NCBI GenBank assembly: GCA_965153455.1
Contig: OZ234493.1
Location: 23,860,213 to 23,924,212 of the forward strand
DNA length: 64,000 bases
Source: Sphagnum compactum
Taxonomy: Eukaryota
Direction: 5' to 3'
Shown here piece after piece: positions 37,700-49,475 of this stretch (the first letter of the stretch is position 1; the number at the start of each line of letters is the position of its first letter). A model generated the notes under the pieces. That model saw nothing but the letters and a program-made list of their open reading frames with translations, had not been told where the DNA came from and made no database searches. The translations under genes were made by a program, and so were the position numbers.

Positions 37700-40257
37700 T
37701 TTTTTCCTTCTTGCCCTAGCTTTGGCGTCCTTAAAGATAGTTAACGAATTGCTAGCTTTGCACTTGCTAAACATAGATTTCCTTGCTTGGATTATTTGTT
37801 GGACTTTCAATTAGACTCAAATCTTGAATTTTTTGTGGATTCTTTCAAGTCGACATTTTTGTGCATGTCTCATTTGTTAATTGGTGGTCCATTTAGCATG
37901 GTCTTTGAACATTTTCAATATTTTTTTGACCATGAAGATTTAGTGAATGGCTTCATTTAGCTCCACCAGTTATGTTCCCATGTGGTTGCCACCCGCATCC
38001 CTAGGTCTATGGCTTGCGTTTTTGGGGCTAATTAACTTTTGGTTTTGGCCTGGTGGCATTTATTTGATTGTAGTTGGAGAGACATTCTATCAGTTGGTGA
38101 ACAAGGTTTTATGTTTGTAGTTTCATGATGCATTTGTTTCTCATTTGTCACCATATTAGTTCGAGTTGGCAATTATAAGAAGTTGTGAGGCCATGTCCAT
38201 GGTATTTGGGCCACTTTGGATGCCCATCCTAATTGGGTGGTGTTTCAAGTAAATATTGCAAACATTTTCAACACCATTTCACATAAGGCTATTTTAAAAA
38301 AACTTTGGGCAATGGAGGTTAGTTATTCTAGTTTTTCCCATTTGTTTGTTCTATGGCCTTTAGGTTCCTTTGTATTTCAATCATCATTCTTCCTTGGGGG
38401 CCTTGTTATCGTAATTCTATTTTTGGGGGACATGCATTAGGGTGACCCGGTTGCCAGACCTTTCATTTACACTAGCTCATTTTTGTGTTTTACGTTGTTT
38501 TTTTGGGGTTTTCCCTTCCTGTCTTTTCCTTTCCTTGGCTAACGACACCCATATCTTCAGCCCTACCCATGTCGTTTTTTTCACATTTGATCATTTTGCT
38601 TCCCAATTGGCTTTTGTGGGGTTGTTTATTCAACCTTGCAAGTGCTTTGCATGGGCTTCATCTAACTTACTTCTTGGGTTCGTCCCCTTTGTCAAGTTTT
38701 TATTGCCTCCTTAATAGCATTAAGATCCTTGGTGTCCCCTTTGGCTTTGCTTCTTTCGCTTCTTATTTTTTGTAGGAGGTTTTAGGTGAAGATGTTCGGC
38801 ATGCAAACATGCTTTCAAGATTAGAAGGTGGTTTTGTTATCATCTCTTGATGTCTCGCCCAAAAGCCCTCCTTTTTGTTTCATTGCTTCGCCCCTTCTAG
38901 GTTTTTGGAGTTAACTCGTTGTTTTTAAATCCACCTTAATGGGAATTTCTGAGAGACTTTTGGGTGTGGGCTCATTGGATTGCCTTGAGGTCCTTTTAGT
39001 CCATTTGTAGGTGGCTTTCCCCATTTCTAATGGGGGCGTATGGTTGATTTCCTTGGAGGTCATTATTCTAATTGCTTATTTAAAGAGTTGGGCCGTAATA
39101 ACCCCTATCATAATTTCCAAATTTTTGTTGGATTCTCACCCATTCTTGTTGGAGGTGATAGGTGTGAGTAGTTCAAGGCCATTCCTTTTCTAGGCGCATT
39201 TTGAGATTAACATGAAAGCTTATTCCCCTAGGGGCTATAACATGTGTCCCCCCTTTTGAACAATTAGATGAAAGAGGCGCATAACGCTTTCATGAGAATA
39301 TTTTTAAAAAATTGCATGACCATTTTTTTACTAGCATCTTTTCTAATTTACCTTCTGATTCATTTGAGGTTGTGTGCAAGGCCAGGTGTGAATGTTTGAT
39401 TGTTAGCTTACCCAATCGTTCTTTTCTACAACTTGCCTTTAGATGTTTTTTCCATCACATTGCACATTAGGTTGGGTCTTTCCCATAAAGTCCTTGGGGT
39501 GTCACATTATATTCATAGCCAACCTTTGGATCCTATGTGCATCCACCTTTTTTGCTATACACGTGGTGGAGGAGAAGATGACTTCGCATAATGTTATGTG
39601 AAATACTTTTGCGGCCATTCTGAAAGATGCAAAATTTCATGTTTCGCAAAGGTAGACCCATGTCATTTTGTCCTCTGCCTTACAATTTTCGCATCATCAA
39701 GTCGACATTGTGTTATCAATTGATGATGTTTGCACATTGGTAAACATTGTCATCATCGACCCCACTTGAGTTGATTTGGTTTTGTAGGTTGTTTTTTCTT
39801 GTGAGGTTGCTACGATAATCACAATTCAGGTGAAAGATGGTCTTTATCATGATTGATTCTCGATGAATATGTTTCTCCCTCTAACATTGATGTGCCAACA
39901 TGGTGTGGGGGAGCGAAAGGCATTGGAGGCCCTCCTTTCTCAAATTTGTAGCATTTTATAGGCAAAGGGTGTTAGTGACGTTACAACGTGCACATGTGAT
40001 CTTTATTTTGAGATGTGCTATTGCAATAGGTGAGGGTTTTTCTGGGCTAAGCATCCTTTCAGGAGGTCCTCCCCTTTTTTTATTTGATATGCTTCTCGTG
40101 ACAAGAAAGGGTTCAAAAACTGGATGTTCCCCTTGTGATTCAGCCTCTTAGGTGATTCCTTTTGTCTTCTTGGACGTGGATCCTTCCATTTTGTTCCTTG
40201 TATTCCCCCTTTCTTGGATGGGTTGGTTTATTTATGATTGGCAAGGTTTCATCATCT
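37700..40257 (+). mobile_element. Decayed non-LTR retrotransposon with RT, zinc knuckle and restriction-like endonuclease (CRE-like)
   Basis: Fragments VGETFYQLV, LDAHPNWVVFQVNIANIFNTISH (D..NAFN), GDP, LANDTHI (xADD), GVP, RLGL.H, VDIVL...DP; 3' end CAAGGTTTCATCATC. Many stops; 5' boundary approximate. Confidence 0.75.
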
Positions 40258-41148
40258 TAAGTTCATACCAGTGTTGGGTGATTCTTGACTTTTATGAAGA
40301 CCTTTTGGTTTTGATGCTATAAAGCAAATTAGAGCATTTCCAATTTCGGGTCCAGTTCTTCAAAAAAGAAAAAAAAAAAGAAAAAAGAAAATCCCCACTC
40401 TGGTTCTGGTTTTGATTCTGAAAATCAGACCCAGTTCTCATTTGGTTCCTAGTAACCTGGACCAAAACCAGTGGTTAACTGCTGGTTAACTTCTGATTAG
40501 TCCTCAGTTCCTGTCATTCCAAGAAAAATAAACTTCTCCAGAATCCCGGATCGGGTTCTTAAAAAATGAGAATCCCAGTTTCAGTTCCATTCAGTACCAG
40601 TGCTTTGAAAAAACAGAAACCCCAGATTCGGTTCAAAACTGGGTTCAAAGCTCAATTCTGGTTCAATTTTTACTTATGAAATTTGAAAGCTGCAATTCTA
40701 ACCCTCTAACCCTCCAAACTGGGTACCTGCCCCACACTGGTCCATAGTCCATACCTACAAAACTTCTCAGAACTAATATAATTGCCACAAAAATCAAAGG
40801 AAAGGAGAGCAAACAACTAAGGGGTGTGTCACACTGTGTGGCCTTGCCATTTATGTTAAATAGTATCTTAAGGCAAAAGAAGTTATGGAAACTCAAATAT
40901 TTCACCATGCAAAAGTATAATCTTCAAAAAATTCTCTAAAAGAAACCAAAAACCTTCAAGATATTATAACTCTGTAACTAATCTCAAGTTTGAGCACAAG
41001 CCAACATATCATCTTTCAAAAATCCTCACATAAAAATATATTACCTAGGTGCCAAAATCCCTTAAGCTACTATACTCTATAATGAATATAAACACAATAG
41101 ATTTGCCTTGGTTGGCAAGGCCAATAAACAAACCCATATTTGTACTGC

Positions 41149-41181
<33 letters not shown>

Positions 41182-42115
41182 ATTGCACTGGCATTTTGGA
41201 GCTTGGTGTATGTGTGTGTGTCTCTCCCACCATGATCAGATCTGGTATGGCAATTGCTGATCTGCTGCTGGCTAGCTATTTGGGTATTTGAGCTCTACCC
41301 TTTTGACAGAGTAAACAAAGCAACAAACAAAAATGCTCTCTTTCTGCCTCAAAAATGCTCTCTTTTCCCTTCTTTCACCTACTGGGTGGCTGGCTCTTTA
41401 ATATTATGCCCAAGACACCCCCAAAAAAAGATTAGCATTTGCAACCAAATGGTCCCATTTCCAAATATTTGCATTTGAAATGCCCAAAAAAGAAAAAAAA
41501 GAAAAACTCCATAACCCTAATTTTCACTCCAAAAACAAAGGAATTTGTGATTTTTGGTATTTCCAAATTCTTGTATTGCAAAAGTGGGATTTGAAGCAAA
41601 AAAAGGGAATTTCAAATTTGCTCTTTTATTATGTGTGTCACTCTGTGTGTCACTCTGTGTGTCTCTATGTGGATGTCTCTCTGTGTGTGTCTGTCTCTAT
41701 GTGGATGTTCTCTCTCTCTCTGTGTCTGTCTGTCCTCCACAAAGTCTGCTGCTGGGTCAGTAAGTATGTCTGGGGCCCAGTCAAGGAAAAACTTTTTGGC
41801 AAATAATTTTTTAAAAAGTAAAAAGTTCCAACCCCACACAATAATCTGTAGCTGCTGCAGCACTAGTTATAGCAGCAGCAGCAGAAGCAAATGGAGGAAG
41901 AGGAGATGTTACAACAAACAAACAACAAATACATAAACAATAAACGAAAAAACACAGGAGAAAAAGAACAAAAACACAGTGCACTGCAATTGCAATTGTT
42001 GCAGCAGCAATGGCAGCAAACCCAACCAAAAAGAAAACAATGGTTTCTCTCTTTTCATTGTTGTTGTTTTTCCTGGTGCTGTAAGTGTTGTTGTTTTTGT
42101 TGCTGAAATTGTTGG

Positions 42116-42876
42116 CTCTGCCCTTTAGGGTAGGAGGCTGGAGACATTGTGATGCACCAGGCCAAAGTTTGGTATCCCTACATTTTAGGATCATGTGGAG
42201 TTCACTAAGAAAGATTTTCCACATAACTCAAGGACCACCCACTTGGGTTTCACCATGCTAACCACCATGTGTTTCCAATGTAGTATTTTGAATATTTATC
42301 ATCAGTAGAGCATCTCCAGCAGTGCTCGGTATGTGACCCTGTAAAAGTATTTCTCGCATCCAAGTTTTGCTATTTGCTTTTTTCCAACCCCACCCATAAA
42401 ACCAAAACTGAGACTGCAAATAGTGTTGTTGTTGATGTTTTATTCTAAAAGAATCATAAATTAATTAATTAATTTTGGTGTAAGTTTTGTTATTGTGCAG
42501 CCTTGTGCAATTACAAAATGCATCACTTGAGAAAACAGAAAACTACACGAAAAAAAAACTCTAGAGTTATTCAGAAAAAGCTTCAGAGACCCTCTGTCCT
42601 CCTTCTGAATTCACTCACAACATCTCGCAAATAGAAACAGAGGGAAAAATGCCTCTCTCTGCACTTGGAATGACATCATAAGGTTGATAAACAGTAAGCA
42701 TACTAAAAAATCAACAACACATGGTGGTTAAGCATGGTGAAGCCCTTGAAGTGGGATCCTTGGGGTTGCTACAAATGTTTCTGTGGTGGACTTCACATGA
42801 CCTTGGAATGTAGGGACACCAAACTTTGGCCGGTTTTGTGGGTGCATCACAAATGTCTTTACCTTGAAGGCCAGAG
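42116..42876. repeat. Long imperfect inverted repeat (arms ~42116-42273 and ~42716-42876)
   Basis: TTGTGATGCACC/GGCCAAAGTTTGGT/CCCTACATT/TTCACCATGCT/AACCACCATGTGTT on the left have reverse complements, in mirrored order, on the right. Confidence 0.85.
42308..42424 (+). mobile_element. 5' fragment of the same PIF/Tourist-like MITE
   Basis: GAGCATCTCCAGCAGTGCTC...CATCCAAGTTT...CAACCCCACCCATAAAAC matches 3538-3660; also preceded by GTA. Confidence 0.65.
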
Positions 42877-43198
42877 TAAAAAAAACAGCCAGAAAAAGAA
42901 GGATAAAACACACACACAAACACACACACAAGAGTCCGCAAGAAGATTTGAGGGAAAAAAAAAGCAAAAAAATCCGTAACAGTAAGACGTCGTCATAGTG
43001 CGTCGTCGTCGTCGTCCTCCTCCTCGATCGCTAAGTACGTTCTTCCCCACAAGAGGACAAAGCGCGTTGAATAGATAGGTACAGATTTGCGCTGACACTT
43101 GCTGCCCATCGATCGATTCCCGTCCGTCCGTCCGTCCGTCCGTCGTCTCTCTGCCCCGGACCCGAGTCCCTGCTGTGTTTGTTTTGCCTTTTTCTTTG

Positions 43199-43530
43199 GT
43201 CAATTTTGCCAAAGTGGCGATGATCCACAGGAAATACGATTTAGCCAAATTTGGCTTACACGCTAAATACGAAAGTAAACATCCTTCCTCTGTATTCTGT
43301 GGCTACCTACTTGAACCAAAAGTGGTAATGTACGATCCATAGGAAGCAACATTTAGCCAAATTTGGCTACAAACTAAATATGGAAGTAAACATCCTTCTT
43401 CTGTATGTTGTGGCTACCTCCTTAACCGAAGTGGCGATGTATTATCCACAGGAAGGAAGGTTTAGCCAAATTTGGCTACACACTAAATATGGAAAGTAAA
43501 CATCCTTCTGGATTTGTGGCTAATACCTAC
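43199..43530. repeat. Three tandem ~108-bp units, each containing the palindrome TAGCCAAATTTGGCT(A)
   Basis: AAGTGG...ATCCA.AGGAA...TTTAGCCAAATTTGGCT...CTAAATA.G.AAGTAAACATCCTT at ~43213, 43320 and 43429; related motif at ~49696. Confidence 0.8.
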
Positions 43531-43631
43531 TGGAATCGATGTCCAGAAATCTGACGATTTTTCTTAAATTTGTTCGAATTATGGCTATTGAAGATTTAAC
43601 AGCAGTTTTATTTTTCAATACAGATTTTGGC

Positions 43632-43682
<51 letters not shown>

Positions 43683-44336
43683 CCAGAAAAAAAAGTGGTA
43701 GAAGAAGAAGTGGGGACCACCGGCAGCAGCTCCTCCTCCTCCTCCTACTCAGAGCAGGAACCACAAGAGTCAGGCCATCCAATTGCTGCTGCTGCTGCTC
43801 CCTGCCTGCCATGGATCCACATACTACGGCATCATGCTCCCCCTCACCACACTCTTCTGTAAAGTCCTTTGTGGAGGGCCCCAGGGTCCCAGTGCAAGAA
43901 GAAAAGAAAAAACGACAAAAAAGAAAGGAAAAGACACACCCCCACACTCACACACACACACAGATCCAGACACACATACCAGACACACACACACAAACAA
44001 AAGAAAGGAAGAAAGGAACAAGAAAGAAAGGACACAAAGCTAAGCTCCCCACCACTGACTCACTGACTCACAGTCTCAGACTACCCTTGTACGCCATCCA
44101 TAGCTTTTTTGTAGTAAGCTCCATCGCCCATTTCTACTGCTGCTGTTTGCTACCAAGCTACCAAGCTCCTCCTTTGGCCAGGTCCCAATCTCCCCTTTGG
44201 ATTCTCACTCTCTCTTCTGCTTTTTGTTTTGTTTGTCTTCTTTTGCGTTTTCTGGGTGGGCTTGCAAATAAACCCATCTGCTTCCTCTCTCTCTCACTTC
44301 TTTTTTTCTTGAAAGATTTGTTGGGTTCTGGTCTCT

Positions 44337-44372
<36 letters not shown>
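43632..44372. repeat. Microsatellite-rich IDD upstream region: (TA)n(GA)n 43632-43682, (CA)n ~43945-43995, (GA)n 44339-44372
   Basis: Read directly from the sequence. Other SSRs: (TA)n 1998-2026, (GT)n 6214-6242, (GA)n 41153-41180. Confidence 0.9.
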
Positions 44373-44378
<6 letters not shown>

Positions 44379-45111
44379 TGGGTGGGTGGGTTTGTTGTGT
44401 GTTTGGTGGTTTTTGTTTTTGTTGTTGTTATGATGGTGGTGGATGGACTGACTGGCTGACTGACTGAGGAACAGGAGGGCGAGCTGGGTGGGGGTTGGGA
44501 ATGGGGTGTGGGTGTGTGCAGACGAGAAATGAGAGTGCAGGGACATGGATGTGCCGATCACGACGCGCGCATTTCCGCTTCTGGCAGCTGCAGCTGTGAA
44601 GAACTACGTGGTGTTGTTGTTGCTGCTGCAGGTGAGTATGAGTGCTAGTAGGAGGATCGTCAGCAGCAGTAGAAGAAGCGGAGGAGCCGAGTTTGGAGCG
44701 GAGGAGCTCTCCTGGGAGCGGGAAGTAGGGAAGGCGAGTATGGGAGTTGGGGACGGCGGCAGCAGCAGGAAGAACCGTCCCTGATGGGTTTGGTGGGAGC
44801 TTCTTCAGCAGCAAGCTGCTAGAAGTCAGTGAGGGTGGTGGGTGGAGGGGAGGGGGGGGGGTGGAAGGGAAGGGAGGGGGAGGAGGATGGCAGGGAAGAA
44901 AGTGGACATTAAAGTGGAGCTCCAGAAGGCTTTCTTCTTCTGCTGCTCCTGCTGCTGCTTCTTCTTCTTCTTAGCTTGTTAGTTTCTCGGAGGAGGGAAG
45001 AAGGTGGCGGAAGGTGAGAAGTAGTAGTATGTGGTGGTGGTGGCGGCCGTAGCTAGAAGCTGGGAAGGCTGGGGGGGAAGGAAGGAAGGAGGTCCTGAGG
45101 AGGAGGAGGAG

Positions 45112-46910
45112 ATGACATTGTCCAACATAACCAGCGCATCAGCTGGAGAAGCAAGCTTGTCATCGGGAGATGGCAACAACACAGGGCTGCCGCAGACGTC
45201 CCACCCGGCCACGCCTGCCACCACTACCACCACCGTCTCCAGTGGCCAGCCTCCTGGGCCCAAGCGGAAACGGAACTTACCTGGGACTCCGGGTATGTAG
45301 TGTTGTTCTGAGATTTTGTCTTTTTGAAGCAGCCGTTGCAGATGGATGGATTCCCAGAGAGACAGAGACAGAGACATAGAGATGACATGGTGGATTTGGT
45401 GGGTTTGTTGGGCTTTGTTGTGCAGACCCAGAAGCAGAGGTGATAGCGTTGTCGCCGAAGACGTTGATGGCGACCAATCGCTTTGTATGCGAGATTTGTA
45501 ACAAAGGGTTTCAGCGAGATCAGAACCTGCAGTTACACCGACGGGGCCATAACCTGCCCTGGAAGTTGAGGCAGCGGACCAGCAAGGAGATTCGCAAGCG
45601 CGTGTATATCTGCCCTGAGCCCTCATGTGTGCATCACGACCCGTCGCGCGCCCTGGGGGACTTGACTGGCATCAAGAAGCACTTCTGTCGCAAACATGGC
45701 GAGAAGAAGTGGAAGTGCGACAAGTGCTCTAAGAGATACGCTGTTCAATCCGACTGGAAAGCTCATTCTAAAACCTGCGGAACTCGTGAGTACCGCTGTG
45801 ACTGTGGTACCTTGTTTTCCAGGTTTGTTTGTCTCTCTCTCTGTCTTTTTTCTTCAGTCTTTTGCTTTTGTGGCATTGCATTTTCTGTAAACCCTAAAAG
45901 ACAAGTGTTTTGCTCCACAAAATGCATGCTGATGGGGAAGAAATGGTGGCTGCCATGTGGGGGGATGGGGTATTTGGGGTAAGGGCAGGCGAGACAGTTT
46001 CATCACCCACCGAGCTTTCTGTGATGCTTTGGCAGAGGAGAGTGCTCGAGTCTCAGCAGGAAAGCAGCATGGTGGAGACAGCAGCAGTAGTCTTTTGGTA
46101 GGTCCATCCATGTCAGTCATTGGCGCACCCTCCTCTCCTCATAGCAGCAATTTGGGACGGATGAGTGGAGATCATCATCCTTTGGCATCTGTCGGAGGAG
46201 GAGGAGCAGGAGGAGGAGGAGGAGGAGGATCAATGAGACCAGCAAGTCTGCCACCCTCCATGGCAGGCTTAGGAAGGCTAGGTGAAGGTGGGCTTTCATT
46301 GCTGCCACCACGCTGGGGTCAATCTGTTGTTGGCAATGCACCTGCAACTTCAGGTGCAGCAGGTACAAGGTTGTCATTGTGGTTAGGACCTGGTCCTGGC
46401 AGTGGTGGTGGTGGTCTGGGGGGGATTCCTGGCTCACAGCATGTGCAGTTGCTTCCTGGCTCAGACCTTTCTTCTTCATTTCTGATGCAACCCCCCAAGG
46501 CTATGCAGCAGCAGCATGGGGGAGGAGGAGGAGGTGCAGCAGGAGGAATGGGTGCTGGGATTCTGAATCCTCTTGAGTATGATGTTCCACAAGCTCCCAG
46601 GCCGCCCTCCAGTGGACTTCTACCAATGGTTTCATCTGGAAGTGGGAGCTTGTTTGCACATCTGTTTTCTTCTGCTGGGACAATGCCAGGATTGCATGGC
46701 ACAGCACCTGCAAACACTAGTGGTGCAAGCATGGGGATGGGCATCTCTGGGTTTTCAGACTTCACTGCAGGTGCCAATCAAGCAGAGCGCAGTGGTGGCT
46801 CTGCAACAGCAGGATTGTCTTTGTCCTCCTCAGCAGGCCTGTCAAGTTGTTCCTCGGTTTATAATGATGTGGTAGGAAGTTTATCTTCAGCATCCATGCT
46901 CTTTAATCAG

Positions 46911-46942
<32 letters not shown>

Positions 46943-47792
46943 CACAGCTACTGCTCAAATGTCAGCCACAGCTTTGCTACAGAAAGCAGCACAGATGGGT
47001 GCAACTGCCAGTAATTCCTCATTGCTACGAGGCTATGGACTAGGTGGTGGAGATTCAAGCTCTATGTCAGTCTGGCAAGGCCAACGACAAGATCAAGGCA
47101 GGGCAATTGAGATTCCAACAAACAAGACAAACATAGTTCAGCCCTTGCAGATGAGACGACCAGTTGAAGTGGCAGCAGGTTCTCCGGTAGGAGGTACATC
47201 AATGGGTCCATCAAACTTTGGAGGCAGTCAGGGCAGGCCAAACAACGATCATCATCATCATCAGCAGCAGCAGCATCATTCTGCAGCAGCAGCAGTGGGG
47301 GTGCAGGACTTCATGAACTCATTATCAGGAGGTGCTGGTCTCTTTACAGCAGGACCCTTGGGCAATATGCCATCATCCATGTTTGGACCTAATTCTGGGA
47401 ATGTGGGAGGAATGATGCCTCCGAGCAATCGTCATCACCATATGTCATCAACTAACAGTGTCCTGGGAGGGCATAGTCCGTATCCGGGAGGTCCAGTTTC
47501 TCAAGGTATGGGCCCGTCAATGCTGCCTGGCCTTGGCAGTGGTGGTTCAACAAGAGGGGAAGACGGAAGTGACAGATTTACACATGACTTTTTGGGTGTT
47601 GGTGGAGCTAGTGGAATGGCTGCTGCTGCTGCTGCCGGAGGCATGGGCTTGACGCTGTCTCAACGAGATTTGGCTAGTATCACATCGTTAGGTCCAGGGG
47701 TAGACCTCGGAGCCTTCTTTCATCAAAGAGAGAACTTGCGGTCAGTTGGTGCAAGTGGACATTCTCCAGGGAAATCATGGGATGCTTCCTAG
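45112..47792 (+). CDS. IDD: INDETERMINATE DOMAIN (IDD/BIRD) C2H2/C2HC zinc-finger transcription factor; exons 45112-45292, 45426-45822, 45989-47792 (793 aa)
   Basis: Spliced frame is continuous: 2382 nt, GT-AG introns 45293-45425 and 45823-45988 at the typical IDD positions LPGTP|D and FS|RRDSF. N-terminal LSNITSASAGEAS motif; NLS KRKRNLPG; ID domain FVCEICNKGFQRDQNLQLHRRGH...CPEPSCVHH...CDKCSKRYAVQSDWKAHSKTC...CDCGTLFSRRDSFITHRAFC; MSATALLQKAAQMG motif; C-terminal THDFLG (TRDFLG-like). Start ATG chosen by motif homology. Confidence 0.95.
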
Positions 47793-49252
47793 GTTATGTA
47801 CCTCTCTGCCTGTGGTGGTGGTGGTGGTTGTGGTGGTGGACTCCTCCTGTGTGGCTCAGGTTATGTGATTGCTGTGCAACTGGAGACGAAAAGAGTCAGA
47901 TGCAATTTTGGCTTAAAATTTTACTCTTTTTTTTATTTTTAATTGTGATGCAATGTTGTGGCTTGTCAGTCAACATCGAACCTTTGCTATATGTTGTTGG
48001 ACTTGCCATAAACATTCAAACAACTATCCATTACTTTCTGCTGCAGGTGCGTTGAATTTGTAACATAAAGCTCAATTAGCGCCTCAAGGTTTTTCTTTCT
48101 CGCCACAATATGGGCGCCAAGTTGTTGAACTGTTGTTGAACAAGTTGTTATTGTTATTTAAAGGGGGGTAGTACGACCTCATACTGTTAAAATTCCCAAG
48201 CATTGCGGATTTCTGTGTGTGCACAAAGAAGGCTTTCTTTCTCTGGGAGATGTTGGTGGTGGCTGGTTTTCTCAAGGGGGAAAAGGAGCTATACTTGGAC
48301 TTGCTGCTGGTGCTGGTCCCTTTCCTGATTGTTGGGCCTTGCTCTCAGCTGTCACTCTGGTTCTCTCTACTACCATGTCTTGTTTGGCCTGTAAGTCTTT
48401 TTGCTGCTTGTCTGATTTTTCTGCTGTTCTCAAGAGGATATGTTCATGTTGTGGGGAACCCAAACAAGTATCCTCTTATGTAGGCATCTCTCTGCCCCTT
48501 GGTCTTAGACAGGGTTGAGCTAGAAAAGGAAGCTTTAACCTGACGATGAATGAGGATAACTGTTGACTTTGTTTTAACTAGCAAATGCTTCTTCTTGAGT
48601 GCTAGCCAACATCATGAGTCAGAGTCTTCTTCCCACTCACTGCCCTTTCTTCCTGCTGAAAGTGACAGCTCGATACATTGTGAGTGATACTCACAAAAGT
48701 TTATGACTGCAGTGTTTCTTGTCATGTTGGTTCTGGTTTGGCTGGAGTTTTGGTATTGTGAGTTTTTTGGTGGATTTTTTTCCCTCTGCAATCATGTTTT
48801 GCTTGATACCTCTTGACCTTAAGTAGCTCATGTTTGGCCATCTCCTGAATGACCTTCACACCATTCAATTCGATGCTGGTGAACAGGTCTCTCTCCTTAG
48901 ACCTGCCATTTGGGTTTGTCTTTTTCTGTGTCTAACTGCCAAGAACATTGTTTTCACATGCGGAATTCCTTCTCCTGCTGTTATTGAGTAGTCAGTATAA
49001 TTGCAGTCAGCTCCGTTGCTCTCCATTCTGTTCTTGTGACAATCCAACTGTTTCTAGTTCAATCTGAAACTTCTGATTTTGTCTTTTGAAAACCCACTTG
49101 GATGAGCTGAACTCTTCTTAGTGGTAGTAAAGTACGTTTTTTGCTGTCAAATCTCTACTGTAAATACCAACTTTGTGAATTTTGGAACTGGTGAAATTGA
49201 GGGAATCTATTTATCTGTGCAAGTTTGTCATTCACTGTCTTACAGCTTCTGG

Positions 49253-49475
49253 ACCAATCCCCTGCCAGGTTACGAGCTAGTGTAGCATCAACAATAACTG
49301 GGACTGGATTGCTTCAGCACCCATTCCTGCCAGGTTCAGAGCTTCAGTAGGATGATCACCCATAACTGGAGCTGGGAAGGCTGACAATAACTGGAACTGG
49401 ACTGCTTTGGCACCAATTCCTGCCAGGCTCAGAAGCCAATGTAGATCACCCATAACTGGAACTGGAACACCAATT
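49253..49475. repeat. Degenerate tandem repeat (~3 copies, ~70-95 bp) downstream of IDD
   Basis: CCTGCCAGG...ATCA.C.ATAACTGG..CTGG is repeated. Confidence 0.6.

Noticed and set aside
41045-44974. Many ORFs up to 218 aa upstream of IDD
   Set aside because: Translations are dominated by microsatellite-derived runs (HTHT, ERER, CVCV, YIYI) with no domain signal.
44979-46777. Antisense ORFs over IDD (e.g. 44979-45626, 46319-46777)
   Set aside because: Shadow frames of a GC-rich coding sequence.
47793-48046. Intron in the IDD 3' UTR
   Set aside because: The acceptor TTTCTGCTGCAG is plausible but the donor GTTATG is weak; it cannot be supported without transcripts.
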